The notes under the pieces are model-generated. The model was given only the letters and a program-made list of their open reading frames with translations. It did no database searches and was not told where the DNA came from. Below, piece by piece: positions 1-9,431 of a stretch of 64,000 bases of DNA. The stretch's first letter is position 1. The number at the start of each line of letters is the position of its first letter. Position numbers and translations under genes: made by a program. The stretch is from a virus (taxonomy: Duplodnaviria > Heunggongvirae > Uroviricota > Caudoviricetes). The stretch covers positions 13,332-77,331 of the IMG/VR virus record IMGVR_UViG_2974602345_000001. The stretch is one strand, 5' to 3'.

Positions 1-4
1 TTGC

Positions 5-214
5 TCACTTGGTTGGCTCCAGAATGATTTGATATTGTTTACCTTCACGCTCAAACGAAAGCGGGAGGCAGTCGTAGTTGACGTTGGCCAGCTTGAACCC
101 GCGCTTGTTGCTGCAGTCAGCTGAAATAGTGTCAGCGAGGTTTTGGTGGCCGTAACCAGCACCAACGCAGAACGCAATGATACCGATAACTAGTACACCA
201 ATGAGATCACCCAT
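5..214 (-). CDS. small membrane/secreted hypothetical protein
   Basis: 69 aa ORF with hydrophobic N-terminus; start codon abuts the stop of the upstream ORF at 214. Confidence 0.6.
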   Translation of the reverse strand: MGDLIGVLVIGIIAFCVGAGYGHQNLADTISADCSNKRGFKLANVNYDCLPLSFEREGKQYQIILEPTK

Positions 215-492
215 CAGTATTCTCCGAACGATGAAGTTGCTTCATTGCGAGTGGTTTTGCCCTGGCTGACTTTGTAGTTGGTGGAAACGTCAGCGCGCTC
301 GATGAAGTAGACATAGTGGTCGTGCATATCAGCATTCACCACCTTGATGCGTTTCACTTCGCGACCATCAGGAAGCTTGGCAACCACAGTGGGGTGTTCT
401 GCGTTGCGCTGGGTTTTGAATTGTGCGCCCTCTTGCGACTCGCAACCAGTCAGCAGGACAGCAGCCAACAAAGGCAGGATATAGCGTTTCAT
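214..492 (-). CDS. putative lipoprotein
   Basis: Signal peptide with lipobox LLTGC. Confidence 0.7.
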   Translation of the reverse strand: MKRYILPLLAAVLLTGCESQEGAQFKTQRNAEHPTVVAKLPDGREVKRIKVVNADMHDHYVYFIERADVSTNYKVSQGKTTRNEATSSFGEY

Positions 493-501
493 CAGTTCAC
501 C

Positions 502-858
502 TCAGCAGGAGCAGCTAAAGAAGGAATCTTGCTTGACGTCATCAAGCTCTTTTTCACGCAGGATGGCGTACTTGGTCCAGAAGGTTGGATCCACATACTC
601 ACCTTCGAAGGTACCACCGCGGACGATGTAGTCGCCCCAGCCATCACCTTGATGCGAGTCGGCTGCGTCCATGAGGTCGTCAACCGTAACTGGACTGCAT
701 TCGTAGTCGCGGTGCCGGTTGCCATCTTCAACGTCTTGGGTCAGGTTGAGCGCATACGCAGCGATCCACTCGTAAGCTTGCGCGATGACACAACCTTCTT
801 TCAGGCGTGCGTCATGTTCTTCTGGTGGATACGGAACGTGGTTCGGTTGTGGAAGCAT
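502..858 (-). CDS. hypothetical protein
   Basis: 118 aa, tightly packed in the minus-strand array. Confidence 0.6.
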   Translation of the reverse strand: MLPQPNHVPYPPEEHDARLKEGCVIAQAYEWIAAYALNLTQDVEDGNRHRDYECSPVTVDDLMDAADSHQGDGWGDYIVRGGTFEGEYVDPTFWTKYAILREKELDDVKQDSFFSCSC

Positions 859-859
859 T

Positions 860-1204
860 TCACTCTCCTTTAGGGAAATCAGGATGTTCCCAGACGTGAC
901 GCAGCGACTGCACCATGCGCGGGGCCATTACGAACCAGAAGGATTCACCTCCGTAAGGGCCGCGGGGCAGAAATGGATCAACGATGCCGTGGTAAGGTAC
1001 ACGAACGTCGCTGCTGATGTTCGAACCAGCGGGCCATGCTTTGCCATCAATGATGCCAATCCGTTGCCCTACTTCAAGCGCGCAACCCGCTACCACAGGT
1101 TCAACAGCCAGGTGAATGGCGTCGCGGGCTTCTTCTTTGAAGTGGATCATGCCCAAGGTTTCGAGGGCGTCGGTTGCAGGACTGCGCTTATCTGCGTTGC
1201 TCAT
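860..1204 (-). CDS. conserved phage hypothetical protein
   Basis: 114 aa, GIVDPFL...FWF...LRHVWEHP motif typical of phage small proteins. Confidence 0.65.
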   Translation of the reverse strand: MSNADKRSPATDALETLGMIHFKEEARDAIHLAVEPVVAGCALEVGQRIGIIDGKAWPAGSNISSDVRVPYHGIVDPFLPRGPYGGESFWFVMAPRMVQSLRHVWEHPDFPKGE

Positions 1205-1272
1205 TATCTTTTCCTCATCACAAAATTAAGCTGGGCCTATTTCTAGGCCCAGCGGTTACGAAACTTGTGGTG

Positions 1273-1548
1273 TTACAGGTGCTTGTTGAAGAAGCGCTCG
1301 CTCAACAGTTCAAAGTGGGAGCGGAGGGTGCGGTCGTTGCCGATGGCGTCTACCGACCAGTACTCACCGTTTACAGAGAAGAAGCCCAGGACCTTCTTGG
1401 CGTCGACATCGATGACCGGTACCGCCTTGTACGAGCGCGACGACAGGATGCGGCCGTTGACCCACTTGTCGTAGGCTACGCGAGCGCCTTCAACCGAGTC
1501 TACCGAAACGCGATTCTTGTCGTTGGTGATGATTACGAGATTTGCCAT
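1273..1548 (-). CDS. early hypothetical protein
   Basis: 91 aa, directly downstream of a consensus sigma70 promoter and the conserved leader. Confidence 0.7.
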   Translation of the reverse strand: MANLVIITNDKNRVSVDSVEGARVAYDKWVNGRILSSRSYKAVPVIDVDAKKVLGFFSVNGEYWSVDAIGNDRTLRSHFELLSERFFNKHL

Positions 1549-1594
1549 GATGTAGTACCTGCTTCACTGTGTGGTTGTTTGTTGCTATGGACGT

Positions 1595-1623
1595 ATATTA
1601 CTGCCATAGCACAGGCGTGTCAA
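1595..1623 (-). promoter_or_regulatory. early (sigma70) promoter TTGACA-17-TAATAT
   Basis: tgtcaa 1618-1623 and atatta 1595-1600 on plus, 17-nt spacer. Confidence 0.85.
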
Positions 1624-1719
1624 CCCTTCTTTTGATTATTTTTAGCCAATTGTTGCAGGACGAACACCAGCAGCCCACCCAGTACGAAAATCTTCACCAT
1701 GTCGATTGCCAATACTGCT

Positions 1720-1938
1720 TCAGGTGCACACATCATTATTGTTCTCCTCAGGATAGACGTGGCCGCAGAGCTCGTAAAAGCGCTTCAGTGCTGCCGCCAA
1801 CTTGCTGATTCGGTCAGCGTTCTTTTCTTCATGCACACCAAGCACCATACCCCAAGCCATGACAGCCTCGATGAAGTTTTCATCGATTAGCTGCTTGAGC
1901 TCAGCGTTTTCAGCCTCCAGCTCAGCTAAACTTTTCAT
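1720..1938 (-). CDS. small coiled-coil hypothetical protein
   Basis: Likely start MKSLAELE at 1938 within ORF 1720..1977. Confidence 0.5.
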   Translation of the reverse strand: MKSLAELEAENAELKQLIDENFIEAVMAWGMVLGVHEEKNADRISKLAAALKRFYELCGHVYPEENNNDVCT

Positions 1939-2279
1939 AGGTGCCCACACGGCGCAGGTTGCGGATGATAGTTTCACCCTTCTGCACTGCTTCCTCGAAG
2001 GTTGCAGCGCGAACGGTGAAGTAGATGCGCCCAGTTTCGGGCGTGTAGTACTCCATTTGCCAAGTTGTCATCCGAGCCACCCAATGCCGCGGAAGGAGTA
2101 GACAACAGCAACCAGAGCTGCAACAAAGACGCTAGCCAACACGCCGTCATACAGAATGGTGCTGCCAGTGTACAGGTATTGCCGAAACTTGTTCATGTTA
2201 GCTCCAGGCTGTGGACATTAAGATGGCCATTGTAACACCATAGGCCACAAGGAAACGACACGCAAACTTGCAGGTAAGC

Positions 2280-2468
2280 TTAACCATAGAACCCCTTGAA
2301 CGACTCGTGAGTGTCCATGGTGTGCTCCTCAAGCAGGTCACGGACTTCGCGTGCTTGTTCGCGAGTCAGGCCGCCACCTTGAGACACCATGCGGTTCGTG
2401 TGACGGCCAACGACTGCATAGCCATTGCCGTGCAGGATGACTTTGTACTGCGAAGGTTTGTTAGCCAT
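2280..2468 (-). CDS. hypothetical protein
   Basis: 62 aa ORF in the co-oriented array. Confidence 0.5.
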   Translation of the reverse strand: MANKPSQYKVILHGNGYAVVGRHTNRMVSQGGGLTREQAREVRDLLEEHTMDTHESFKGFYG

Positions 2469-2479
2469 GACAGGATTCC

Positions 2480-2743
2480 TCAGTAGATGACGCGACCGAT
2501 GAGTTCGTTGATGTCGAAGCCTGCTTCTTCTGCGCGCATACCGGCAGCGCTGCAGGCTTGACGATGCATTTCAACCCAGTACTCTGCGGGAGCCCAGTTG
2601 ACCTCCCACAGGGCAGCAATTTCAGCCGAGAGGTTTTCACGATCGACGCTTTCGTCTGCCAGGTACAGGCCAGTACGAGCTTCGATAGCTTTCAGCTCGT
2701 CTTGGAGGTTTTCGTACTTGATGCGGGCGGCGCTGCTCATGAT
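2480..2743 (-). CDS. hypothetical protein
   Basis: Likely start MSSAARIK within ORF 2480..2863. Confidence 0.5.
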   Translation of the reverse strand: MMSSAARIKYENLQDELKAIEARTGLYLADESVDRENLSAEIAALWEVNWAPAEYWVEMHRQACSAAGMRAEEAGFDINELIGRVIY

Positions 2744-2768
2744 ATGTCTCCAGGCTTCACAGGGTAGG

Positions 2769-3014
2769 TTAGGCGTACTTGACGCCAGGAATGCGTGGCT
2801 TGCCGAAGGCGTCGATGTTGTGCTCTTCGCGGTACTGTTGCATGGCAGCGTGAGCAGCGTCAACGAGGGCTTTTACTTCAGCGAAGCGAGGAGTATCAGT
2901 TTGGCGCGCCTTCTTAAGCACAGTCCACTCAGCGCGCAGCTTGTTGAGCTTGTAGAAGCTCATGCCCATTGCTGCTTCGAGGCCTTTGGTGTGGTTGACT
3001 TTGGCTGCTTTCAT
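2769..3014 (-). CDS. early hypothetical protein
   Basis: Start MKAAKV at 3014 follows the conserved leader ACTACATCATG. Confidence 0.7.
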   Translation of the reverse strand: MKAAKVNHTKGLEAAMGMSFYKLNKLRAEWTVLKKARQTDTPRFAEVKALVDAAHAAMQQYREEHNIDAFGKPRIPGVKYA

Positions 3015-3061
3015 GATGTAGTCCTTCTTCACTGTGTGAGCGTTTTGCTCTTCATGTGTGT

Positions 3062-3090
3062 ATAGTACGACGTGCAAGGTAAGGTGTCAA
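3062..3090 (-). promoter_or_regulatory. early promoter TTGACA-17-TACTAT
   Basis: tgtcaa 3085-3090, atagta 3062-3067. Confidence 0.85.
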
Positions 3091-3113
3091 CCCTACCTCA
3101 CACATATTTTTGA

Positions 3114-3410
3114 TTATTTGTTGCGTTCAGCTTCGATTCCAATTTGGATTGTCTCCGCTTGTTCGAGTGCCTGGTCGAGCGTCAGGTCCTCGATAGTGCT
3201 GGCAGTAGGCGACTCCAGGAACGGCAGGTCCATAGGCTCCTGCGTTGGTTCCTCTGGCACTACAACACGCGCAGGCTTGTGTGGAGGAGGATTGTCAGGG
3301 AACTCGGCCACATAGCTGAGCGCCCTGAACATTTGACTGAACACTGGACGAACGTCAGTGCCCGTGAGGAGGAGCAGCGACAGGAAGACAATAATCAAAG
3401 TTTTCATCAC
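3114..3410 (-). CDS. secreted/membrane hypothetical protein
   Basis: N-terminal signal-like helix and Pro-rich linker; lies downstream of the spanins. Confidence 0.55.
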   Translation of the reverse strand: MMKTLIIVFLSLLLLTGTDVRPVFSQMFRALSYVAEFPDNPPPHKPARVVVPEEPTQEPMDLPFLESPTASTIEDLTLDQALEQAETIQIGIEAERNK

Positions 3411-3422
3411 ATTCCCCTGGTG

Positions 3423-3725
3423 TCACTTTTTGGCAGTGTTCTCAAGTTGGAGGCAACGGGGCTCTTCAAGCGCCTTGCGGTAGAAGCACATGACGGCGTT
3501 TGCATCGCGCATGTAACGGGTCATGTCTTCCATCATCACACGGAGGCGCAGGGACTCGTCATACGGCAGGGCGACGTAAACACGACCATCAGTCGGGATC
3601 ACTTTCCAATGGAAGGTGTATGGGCTGATAGGTGTCGGCAGTGGCGGATCCGAGATAGTCTCAGAACTCGAGCAACCGAACATCGCGAGCATTGCTGCAA
3701 CGATTAGGGCTTTCTTGGCAAACAT
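3423..3725 (-). CDS. outer-membrane spanin (o-spanin; T4 pseT.2-like)
   Basis: Lipobox AMFGC, Pro-rich segment, C-terminal MCFYRKALEEPRC; overlaps the i-spanin 3' end. Confidence 0.75.
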   Translation of the reverse strand: MFAKKALIVAAMLAMFGCSSSETISDPPLPTPISPYTFHWKVIPTDGRVYVALPYDESLRLRVMMEDMTRYMRDANAVMCFYRKALEEPRCLQLENTAKK

Positions 3726-4108
3726 GGCGTTGAGTCTCCAGTGGTGCACGAAATTTCATCAGTGAATGCGTTGAAGCTCTTGTTGATCATCTTCTCTGTC
3801 AACGAGGGCTTAGCGCGCAGCACATCTTCACGACCAGTGAAACGTTCAAGGCCACGCTTGGTGTCGTTGAACTTCTGCGTCGATGCTGCAGTCTGCGCGT
3901 TGAGCTTCTGGCGAGCCTCCTTATCAGCCTTGATACGCTCCTCCAGGTCGTCGAACTTATCTTGGAGCGTGCTGAGGTTGCTGGCGACTTCTGCCGTTGT
4001 CTCTACTTGCTTAGTGTATAACACACCGAACGTTATCGCTAGTGCCAATAGCGACGCACACACGACAGCCATGACTGCGGTAAGTTTACCCTTGATAAGC
4101 TCTATCAT
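3704..4108 (-). CDS. inner-membrane spanin (i-spanin; T4 pseT.3-like)
   Basis: Single N-terminal TM helix, long coiled coil, C-terminal Cys pair; overlaps the o-spanin. Confidence 0.75.
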   Translation of the reverse strand: MIELIKGKLTAVMAVVCASLLALAITFGVLYTKQVETTAEVASNLSTLQDKFDDLEERIKADKEARQKLNAQTAASTQKFNDTKRGLERFTGREDVLRAKPSLTEKMINKSFNAFTDEISCTTGDSTPCLPRKP

Positions 4109-4109
4109 T

Positions 4110-4436
4110 TCACAGCCCCTTTGGACGACGAAGGAAGGCAGCGGCACCACTGTCCTTGTTCACTACCAGCAGCGTCTTGGCAGTTGAGTAGTGCTTCTGG
4201 ATGAAGGTGCGCAGTTGCTCGTCTTCGATGTAGCCGTTCCACTTGGCATACGGAACCTTACCAAACTGACACTTGGTGTAGGTGGCGTGGTCAACCTCGA
4301 CGAACTTGTGGCCTGCGATGCTACCCGTTCGGAACGGATTATCAGCAGCAGCGACACCTGATGTGGTGTTGGCAGCCATCTCAGACTCAAGCAGCTTCAG
4401 CACTGCAAAGTCAGACAGACTCAGAATAGACATTTC
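4110..4436 (-). CDS. hypothetical protein
   Basis: Co-oriented ORF between conserved genes. Confidence 0.6.
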   Translation of the reverse strand, partial: EMSILSLSDFAVLKLLESEMAANTTSGVAAADNPFRTGSIAGHKFVEVDHATYTKCQFGKVPYAKWNGYIEDEQLRTFIQKHYSTAKTLLVVNKDSGAAAFLRRPKGL

Positions 4437-4773
4437 GTACCTCAATCAAGAACTTGGAGTTGAACGCTTGTGGCTCGATCATCGGTAGTGAAAGGAACAG
4501 CAGCACAGAGTTCGCATATTCAACTTGATGATCGAACAGCTTGAACTTGAGGATCTCTGTTGCTGCGTGGTGCTCAAACACGTTGAAGAAACTGATCACA
4601 GTGTTGACCAGAAGCCGGGTGTTGTCTTTGCCCAGAGACAGGTAGTTTGTAATCAGTTTCTTGATCATGCTCGCTTTGAACAGATCAGACTCAAACTCCG
4701 CCTCCGTCAGGCAGAACGGGTTGTCATAGCTCTTGGCCGCATAAAGGCGGAAGTTTGATTCTGTCAGCTTCAT
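4411..4773 (-). CDS. conserved T4-like core hypothetical protein
   Basis: YAAKSYDNPFCLTEAEFESDL...LLVNTVISFFNVF motif common in T4-supergroup phages. Confidence 0.7.
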   Translation of the reverse strand: MKLTESNFRLYAAKSYDNPFCLTEAEFESDLFKASMIKKLITNYLSLGKDNTRLLVNTVISFFNVFEHHAATEILKFKLFDHQVEYANSVLLFLSLPMIEPQAFNSKFLIEVRNVYSESV

Positions 4774-4776
4774 GGG

Positions 4777-5280
4777 TTACTGGGCCGCTACTGGTGCAGG
4801 TTGCTCAGCTTCAGGACGAACTTTCGGTGGACGGCCACGACGCTTTGGCACTGGTGCGTTTGGGTCAACAGGTGCAACTGCTGGTGTTGGTGCAGCTTGG
4901 GCCACGACGGCATCTACTACAGGAGCAGGTACATCAGCTGGTGCTTCGGCAACCACAACAGCATCGACCACTGGTGCAACTACAGCAGCTTCAGGGGCGA
5001 TGACTGCATCTGGAACTGGCAGTGGAGTGTCAGGCAGGTTTTCGATCAGTGCCTTGACGTCAATGGCAGCTGGTGCTTCTTGGACAGGAGCCACAACTTC
5101 TTCAAGCACTGGCGGAACCAGGGATATGACACTACCCAGGTATTCGCTGATACGCTTGTCGAGGTTCTTGACACTGACCAGCAGTTCGCCAGTTTCTTCT
5201 ACCACCCAGCCGCGTGCCGTTGCGACTACAGTACCCGAGTGAACGGGCTTGTTAAGGAAAGCGGGTGCTCTGGTGCTCAT
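4777..5280 (-). CDS. late Ala/Pro/Val-rich protein with C-terminal AT-hook
   Basis: ARGWVVEETGELLVS N-terminal motif, PVVDAVV repeats, KRRGRPPK; CATAAATA upstream. Confidence 0.65.
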   Translation of the reverse strand: MSTRAPAFLNKPVHSGTVVATARGWVVEETGELLVSVKNLDKRISEYLGSVISLVPPVLEEVVAPVQEAPAAIDVKALIENLPDTPLPVPDAVIAPEAAVVAPVVDAVVVAEAPADVPAPVVDAVVAQAAPTPAVAPVDPNAPVPKRRGRPPKVRPEAEQPAPVAAQ

Positions 5281-5314
5281 AAGGTAAATCCTGGTTGGTT
5301 TTGGTAGGTAAACC

Positions 5315-5322
5315 TATTTATG
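5315..5322 (-). promoter_or_regulatory. late promoter variant CATAAATA
   Basis: TAAATA core as in T4 TATAAATA, ~35 nt upstream of the ORF. Confidence 0.55.
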
Positions 5323-5332
5323 AGCCAAAACA

Positions 5333-5352
5333 AAAGGCGCCGGAGCGCCTTT
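5333..5352 (-). terminator. intrinsic terminator
   Basis: AAAGGCGC/GCGCCTTT stem followed by a U tract on minus. Confidence 0.8.
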
Positions 5353-5368
5353 GTTAGGGTGAAGCTGA

Positions 5369-5587
5369 TTAGGCCAGGGCCTTCTCCACTTCAGCAATCT
5401 GTGCAGTGATAGTGGTGATCAGCTGCTGACCTTTAGCCTGCTTGGCTTTGTCTTTCGAACCAGCGAAGGCAGGACCCTGTGCAAGCTTCAGGTTGACCTT
5501 CAGGGTTGCCAGGTAGGCGTTGACGTCTTTGTAACCAGCTGGGAAAGTTACGGTGATGTTGTTACGAACGAAAGTTTGAGTTTTCAT
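5369..5587 (-). CDS. early Lys/Ala-rich hypothetical protein
   Basis: Start MKTQTF after the conserved leader and promoter. Confidence 0.7.
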   Translation of the reverse strand: MKTQTFVRNNITVTFPAGYKDVNAYLATLKVNLKLAQGPAFAGSKDKAKQAKGQQLITTITAQIAEVEKALA

Positions 5588-5636
5588 GATGTCTACCTTC
5601 TTCACTGTGTTTGGTGTGTTGTTGCTCTATGTGTGT

Positions 5637-5665
5637 ATAATATGATAAGGTAGGGTAGGTGTCAA
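5637..5665 (-). promoter_or_regulatory. early promoter TTGACA-17-TATTAT
   Basis: tgtcaa 5660-5665, ataata 5637-5642. Confidence 0.9.
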
Positions 5666-5680
5666 GCACTAAAACACAAA

Positions 5681-5700
5681 AAAGGCGCCGAAGCGCCTTT
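5681..5700 (-). terminator. intrinsic terminator after rIIB (UUCG loop)
   Basis: GGCGC-TTCG-GCGCC plus U tract on minus; the same hairpin family recurs at ~18880, 35121, 49508, 50560. Confidence 0.85.
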
Positions 5701-5720
5701 TTCTTTTGCCTTGCTACTGA

Positions 5721-6794
5721 TTAGTAGCGGTTCACCTCTTTGTAGAAGGTGTCAGTCACGTCGGACTCGACGAAGTAGCCTGCGCAGCGCATCTTGCTGT
5801 CGTTGTAGTCCTTCGGAATGGCTACCACGTCAGCTGGGTTGACCTTCACGCGAACAACGCGGTCGCCGTTGCTCGAGAAGTGGCTGATGTATGACTTGGC
5901 GCAGACGTGCAGACCATAGGAGCAGGTCACGTCGCTGTCTTCGTTCACCTGGTTGCGAGCGACACGAACTTCCTTGCCCACGGAGTTGTCCATGGTGTTC
6001 GAGTGCTTGTCCATGTAGGTGCTACGGACGACCTTCCAGGCGTAGAAGTCACCATCGGCAGCCAGTTCGATGTCGTTGTGCTGCAGGAAGCCATACAGCT
6101 CGTTGACCGAACGGTTGCTTGGGTTCAGCATCAGCTTGTCCAGGAAGTTGAACAGGGTTTCGGCACCAGCCTCACCGTCCTTCTTGATGGTGTCGATGAT
6201 GCGCGCACTCAGCTTGCCGCTGATGTCGAACGGCACGCCGCTGTCCGGGGTGTAGGTGATGGCACCGCGAACGACGTCGACCTTGAACTTGCCCTTGGTG
6301 AAGCCTTCGACCATCTTCTTCGGCTGCGACAGGTGGTAAGCCTTTTCCAGGGCTTCTTGGGCCATGCCGCTTTCAGCGATCAGCTTGAAGATGTCGTCGA
6401 AAGTTGGAGACGACTTGTCGACAACAGTGGAGTCATCCACAGCGCCGTTCACCAGGCGGGTCAGGCTGATCGACTTGCGGGTGGCCAGGACGCGGTACTC
6501 GACGTCGTCATCGACTTGTTGGTTGAAGGTCTCAACCAGAGCCTTCACCTGCTCAGGGCTGTCAGCAGTGACAGTGACGGTCTTCTTCGACTTCTTCTTT
6601 TTCTTGGCTGGCTTCTTCACTTGAGCAGGCTTGGCGGCAGCGGTGCTCTTGTCACCATCCGCTGCCAGTTGCTCCAACCAACGACCAATGGTGCGAACAG
6701 ACACACCCAGGCTTGCAGCAACTTGCGAACGCGGAGTACCCGCAGCGATCATGTCGCGAGCAGTGATCTTGGTGGTCAGGCTTGCAGTAGTCAT
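5721..6794 (-). CDS. rIIB: RIIB lysis-inhibition/protector protein
   Basis: N-terminal HTH; LFNFLDKLMLNPS...FLQHNDI...CSYGLHVC...KVNPADVVAIPKDYN motifs; follows rIIA. Confidence 0.9.
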   Translation of the reverse strand: MTTASLTTKITARDMIAAGTPRSQVAASLGVSVRTIGRWLEQLAADGDKSTAAAKPAQVKKPAKKKKKSKKTVTVTADSPEQVKALVETFNQQVDDDVEYRVLATRKSISLTRLVNGAVDDSTVVDKSSPTFDDIFKLIAESGMAQEALEKAYHLSQPKKMVEGFTKGKFKVDVVRGAITYTPDSGVPFDISGKLSARIIDTIKKDGEAGAETLFNFLDKLMLNPSNRSVNELYGFLQHNDIELAADGDFYAWKVVRSTYMDKHSNTMDNSVGKEVRVARNQVNEDSDVTCSYGLHVCAKSYISHFSSNGDRVVRVKVNPADVVAIPKDYNDSKMRCAGYFVESDVTDTFYKEVNRY

Positions 6795-6850
6795 TCAGTG
6801 TTCCTCAGTTTCATTTAGTTTGATGTAAACAGGCGCTTAGTGTATGGGTG

Positions 6851-9100
6851 TTACTCTTCTTCTACAACCGGTTGTTCAACTTCTTTTGCACTTTCGACAC
6901 TATCAACCAACTGGATGTACCGCTTGACGGCATAGCAGTCATCAGGAGTGAACAACATCGGATAACGGTCCTGGACAGCATCAGTGATAGTAGTGACAGA
7001 CGCTTTGATGTCCGCAACACGGTCCTTGACGCTGATAGTCCGTCTGATGTTGTGGGGTATCGAGTTCCAGTTCGTGTATGAAGACAATGCCTTGGCCTTC
7101 TCTGCAAACTTCACAAGTTCACAGTCAGGGTTCTCTGCAACATACTTCAGACCTTCACGCACCATAAGGTCGTAAATTTCACCCATTTCTGCGCTGATTG
7201 CAGCTGCCAGCAAGTTTTCAAGTGTGCACTCGCTGTTCCAGAAGTTCAGCCCATAGTGTGTAGCTGCATCCATCAGGAAGTCTTCATCAAACGCAGTTAC
7301 TTCAGTGACACTATCACCAAACAGCTTCAGCGCCTTGTTGTGAGTTTCCTTCTTGACGATGACCAGCGCGTCCAGACCCAGAGCTCGGCAGATGTTGTAC
7401 ATCGTCTGCTCACTATTGGTCGCCACAGTGACCGTGATTTCCTTGCCGTTGTCGTCCATCACAGACGTTTTGATCTCACCTTCACTGTACCAGTCGGCGA
7501 TGATAACGTACTTGAGGAACGTCAGGTCGTCTGCAGTGATAACCTTCTCACCAAAGGTTGGATAACCGGCACTATCCTTCGCCAGGAAGAATCGGCAGCG
7601 CAGTTCTTCCTTGGTGATACGGTTAGTGACTGCTTTGCGCTCAGTCGGGCCCAGCAACGCCTTCTGAGCATCACGCTCAGCCTTGCGCTTGATGCGATCA
7701 GCTTCGATGACGTCGGCAGCTACCATGAACTCGATGTAGCTACCAAAGACTTCAGTGAGCTTATCACGCATTGAGTCCGGGATCACCTTCTTGGTGAAGA
7801 ACACAGCATAAACCATGTAAGGGTCAGCGAGCTGTCGAGCAACGCGCTGATACCCTTTGTCATCACCCATCAGAACGATGATTTTCTTACCGTTCAGTTT
7901 GGTGAAAGTGTGGTAGCTGGGGTAGTCCGTGCTGTGGCGCTTGACGTAACCACGGTTGTTCCGACCGAAGTAGAAGTCTTCGAAGTACTCAATATCACCA
8001 ACGTTGTTGTCGGTGTCGAGGATGGTTGACATGAACGACGTCTTACCCCAAACCTCGATGGTCGAGCCCTTGTAGCTGAACATATCGTGGGCCCAGAGAC
8101 CTACAGTGTCCTGCACGAGTTTGATGGCATCGATGACAGTGGTGATCTCGCTATCCAGCTTGTCTTGGGTCTCCTGACTGAACAGTCGGATAACGTCCTG
8201 AACGCGCTTGATGAAGACCTTTTCAGTCTCCTCGTCAAAGGAGATGGTTTCACGCGAAGCTGCAACGTCGAGGTCACCGATCTCGAACTTGACGTACAGT
8301 GAGTTGTTCTTGAAGAACGTTTGCTCGCCTTTCGTGAAGTGAGCAGCGAAAGTCTCAGCCACGTTGGGTACGTGGTAGCAGACGTTGCCCATGACTGCGT
8401 AGATGATGTTCTTGTTGTAGCTGCCGTGGCCGTAGGTAGCCCAGAACGAACCATCAGTAGCCAGGCGAATAGCGTTCTTGTTGTCTACCTTCAGCTCACG
8501 GCCGACGATCTCGGGCAGCACAGGGAACCACTGGTACACCTTGTTGGCGTCCTGGGCGAACTGGTCATAGTCGTCGATCTTGACTGGCACAGTGACGCGC
8601 ACGCCGTTCGGTTCAGTGGTTGGGGTTGAGGTCAACAACGACACCGAAGGCTCACCCGCCATGTTGATGTACGCGTTGTAGTGGCATTCAATGCCATCTT
8701 TGCGCGTGCGGATGTTGAAGCTGTCAGTGTACGAGAACGGTGTCTTGGAGCCCAGACCCAGGCCACCAATCACGTCGTTGCTTTCAGTCTTGGTAGACGT
8801 GAAGTACGAGGTGTAGATGTTCTCAACGTCAGCTGCACTGAGGCCGATGCCGTAGTCTTCGACATAGAACTCGGAAGACCATTCGTTCGGCAGATGCACA
8901 GTGAACGGGCGCTCAGGGTAGCCGGCCATCATGTGACTGTCGAAGGCGTTGCAACTCAGTTCACGGATGATCGCTTCAACCTTGCGCGAATACAGCGCAC
9001 TGGAGAGGATCTGGAACGCTTTGGCCGAAGCCTGGATCGTGAACTTCTTCTCGTTGTTGCCGTTGGTCAGTAAGAGGTTTTCTTCTGTCCTGATCTTCAT
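6851..9100 (-). CDS. rIIA: RIIA protein (GHKL ATPase N-terminus)
   Basis: FQILSSALYS...IIRELSCNAFDSH...DYGIGL...IGGLGLGSKTPFSY. Confidence 0.92.
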   Translation of the reverse strand: MKIRTEENLLLTNGNNEKKFTIQASAKAFQILSSALYSRKVEAIIRELSCNAFDSHMMAGYPERPFTVHLPNEWSSEFYVEDYGIGLSAADVENIYTSYFTSTKTESNDVIGGLGLGSKTPFSYTDSFNIRTRKDGIECHYNAYINMAGEPSVSLLTSTPTTEPNGVRVTVPVKIDDYDQFAQDANKVYQWFPVLPEIVGRELKVDNKNAIRLATDGSFWATYGHGSYNKNIIYAVMGNVCYHVPNVAETFAAHFTKGEQTFFKNNSLYVKFEIGDLDVAASRETISFDEETEKVFIKRVQDVIRLFSQETQDKLDSEITTVIDAIKLVQDTVGLWAHDMFSYKGSTIEVWGKTSFMSTILDTDNNVGDIEYFEDFYFGRNNRGYVKRHSTDYPSYHTFTKLNGKKIIVLMGDDKGYQRVARQLADPYMVYAVFFTKKVIPDSMRDKLTEVFGSYIEFMVAADVIEADRIKRKAERDAQKALLGPTERKAVTNRITKEELRCRFFLAKDSAGYPTFGEKVITADDLTFLKYVIIADWYSEGEIKTSVMDDNGKEITVTVATNSEQTMYNICRALGLDALVIVKKETHNKALKLFGDSVTEVTAFDEDFLMDAATHYGLNFWNSECTLENLLAAAISAEMGEIYDLMVREGLKYVAENPDCELVKFAEKAKALSSYTNWNSIPHNIRRTISVKDRVADIKASVTTITDAVQDRYPMLFTPDDCYAVKRYIQLVDSVESAKEVEQPVVEEE

Positions 9101-9390
9101 GCCTGTAGTTTTTCCTTCAGTTTGTTGATGACATCTTCGATGCGGGGTGCAACGAAATTCTTGGCGTGCATGTGAGCCTTGTCGAGCTTGAGCAGCCTGC
9201 AGTGAGGTTTCTTGATAATACGCGGCACACCACCATACTCCTTAACCATGATACGGCCGTCGGCAGCAAAGCCTGCAAAGAAGTAGAAGCGCAGGTGAGC
9301 GCCTCCGATGTTGTCTTCGATCCGCATGAACGAGTCACCCTTCGAGATAGGTTGATCGAACATGTCAGTGAGCTGAGTTTTTGACGCCAT
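9097..9390 (-). CDS. hypothetical protein upstream of rIIA
   Basis: 97 aa, stop overlaps the rIIA start. Confidence 0.65.
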   Translation of the reverse strand: MASKTQLTDMFDQPISKGDSFMRIEDNIGGAHLRFYFFAGFAADGRIMVKEYGGVPRIIKKPHCRLLKLDKAHMHAKNFVAPRIEDVINKLKEKLQA

Positions 9391-9431
9391 CCAGGGTCAC
9401 CTTTGTTGGGTGGTTTGTGTAAAGAGCACAA

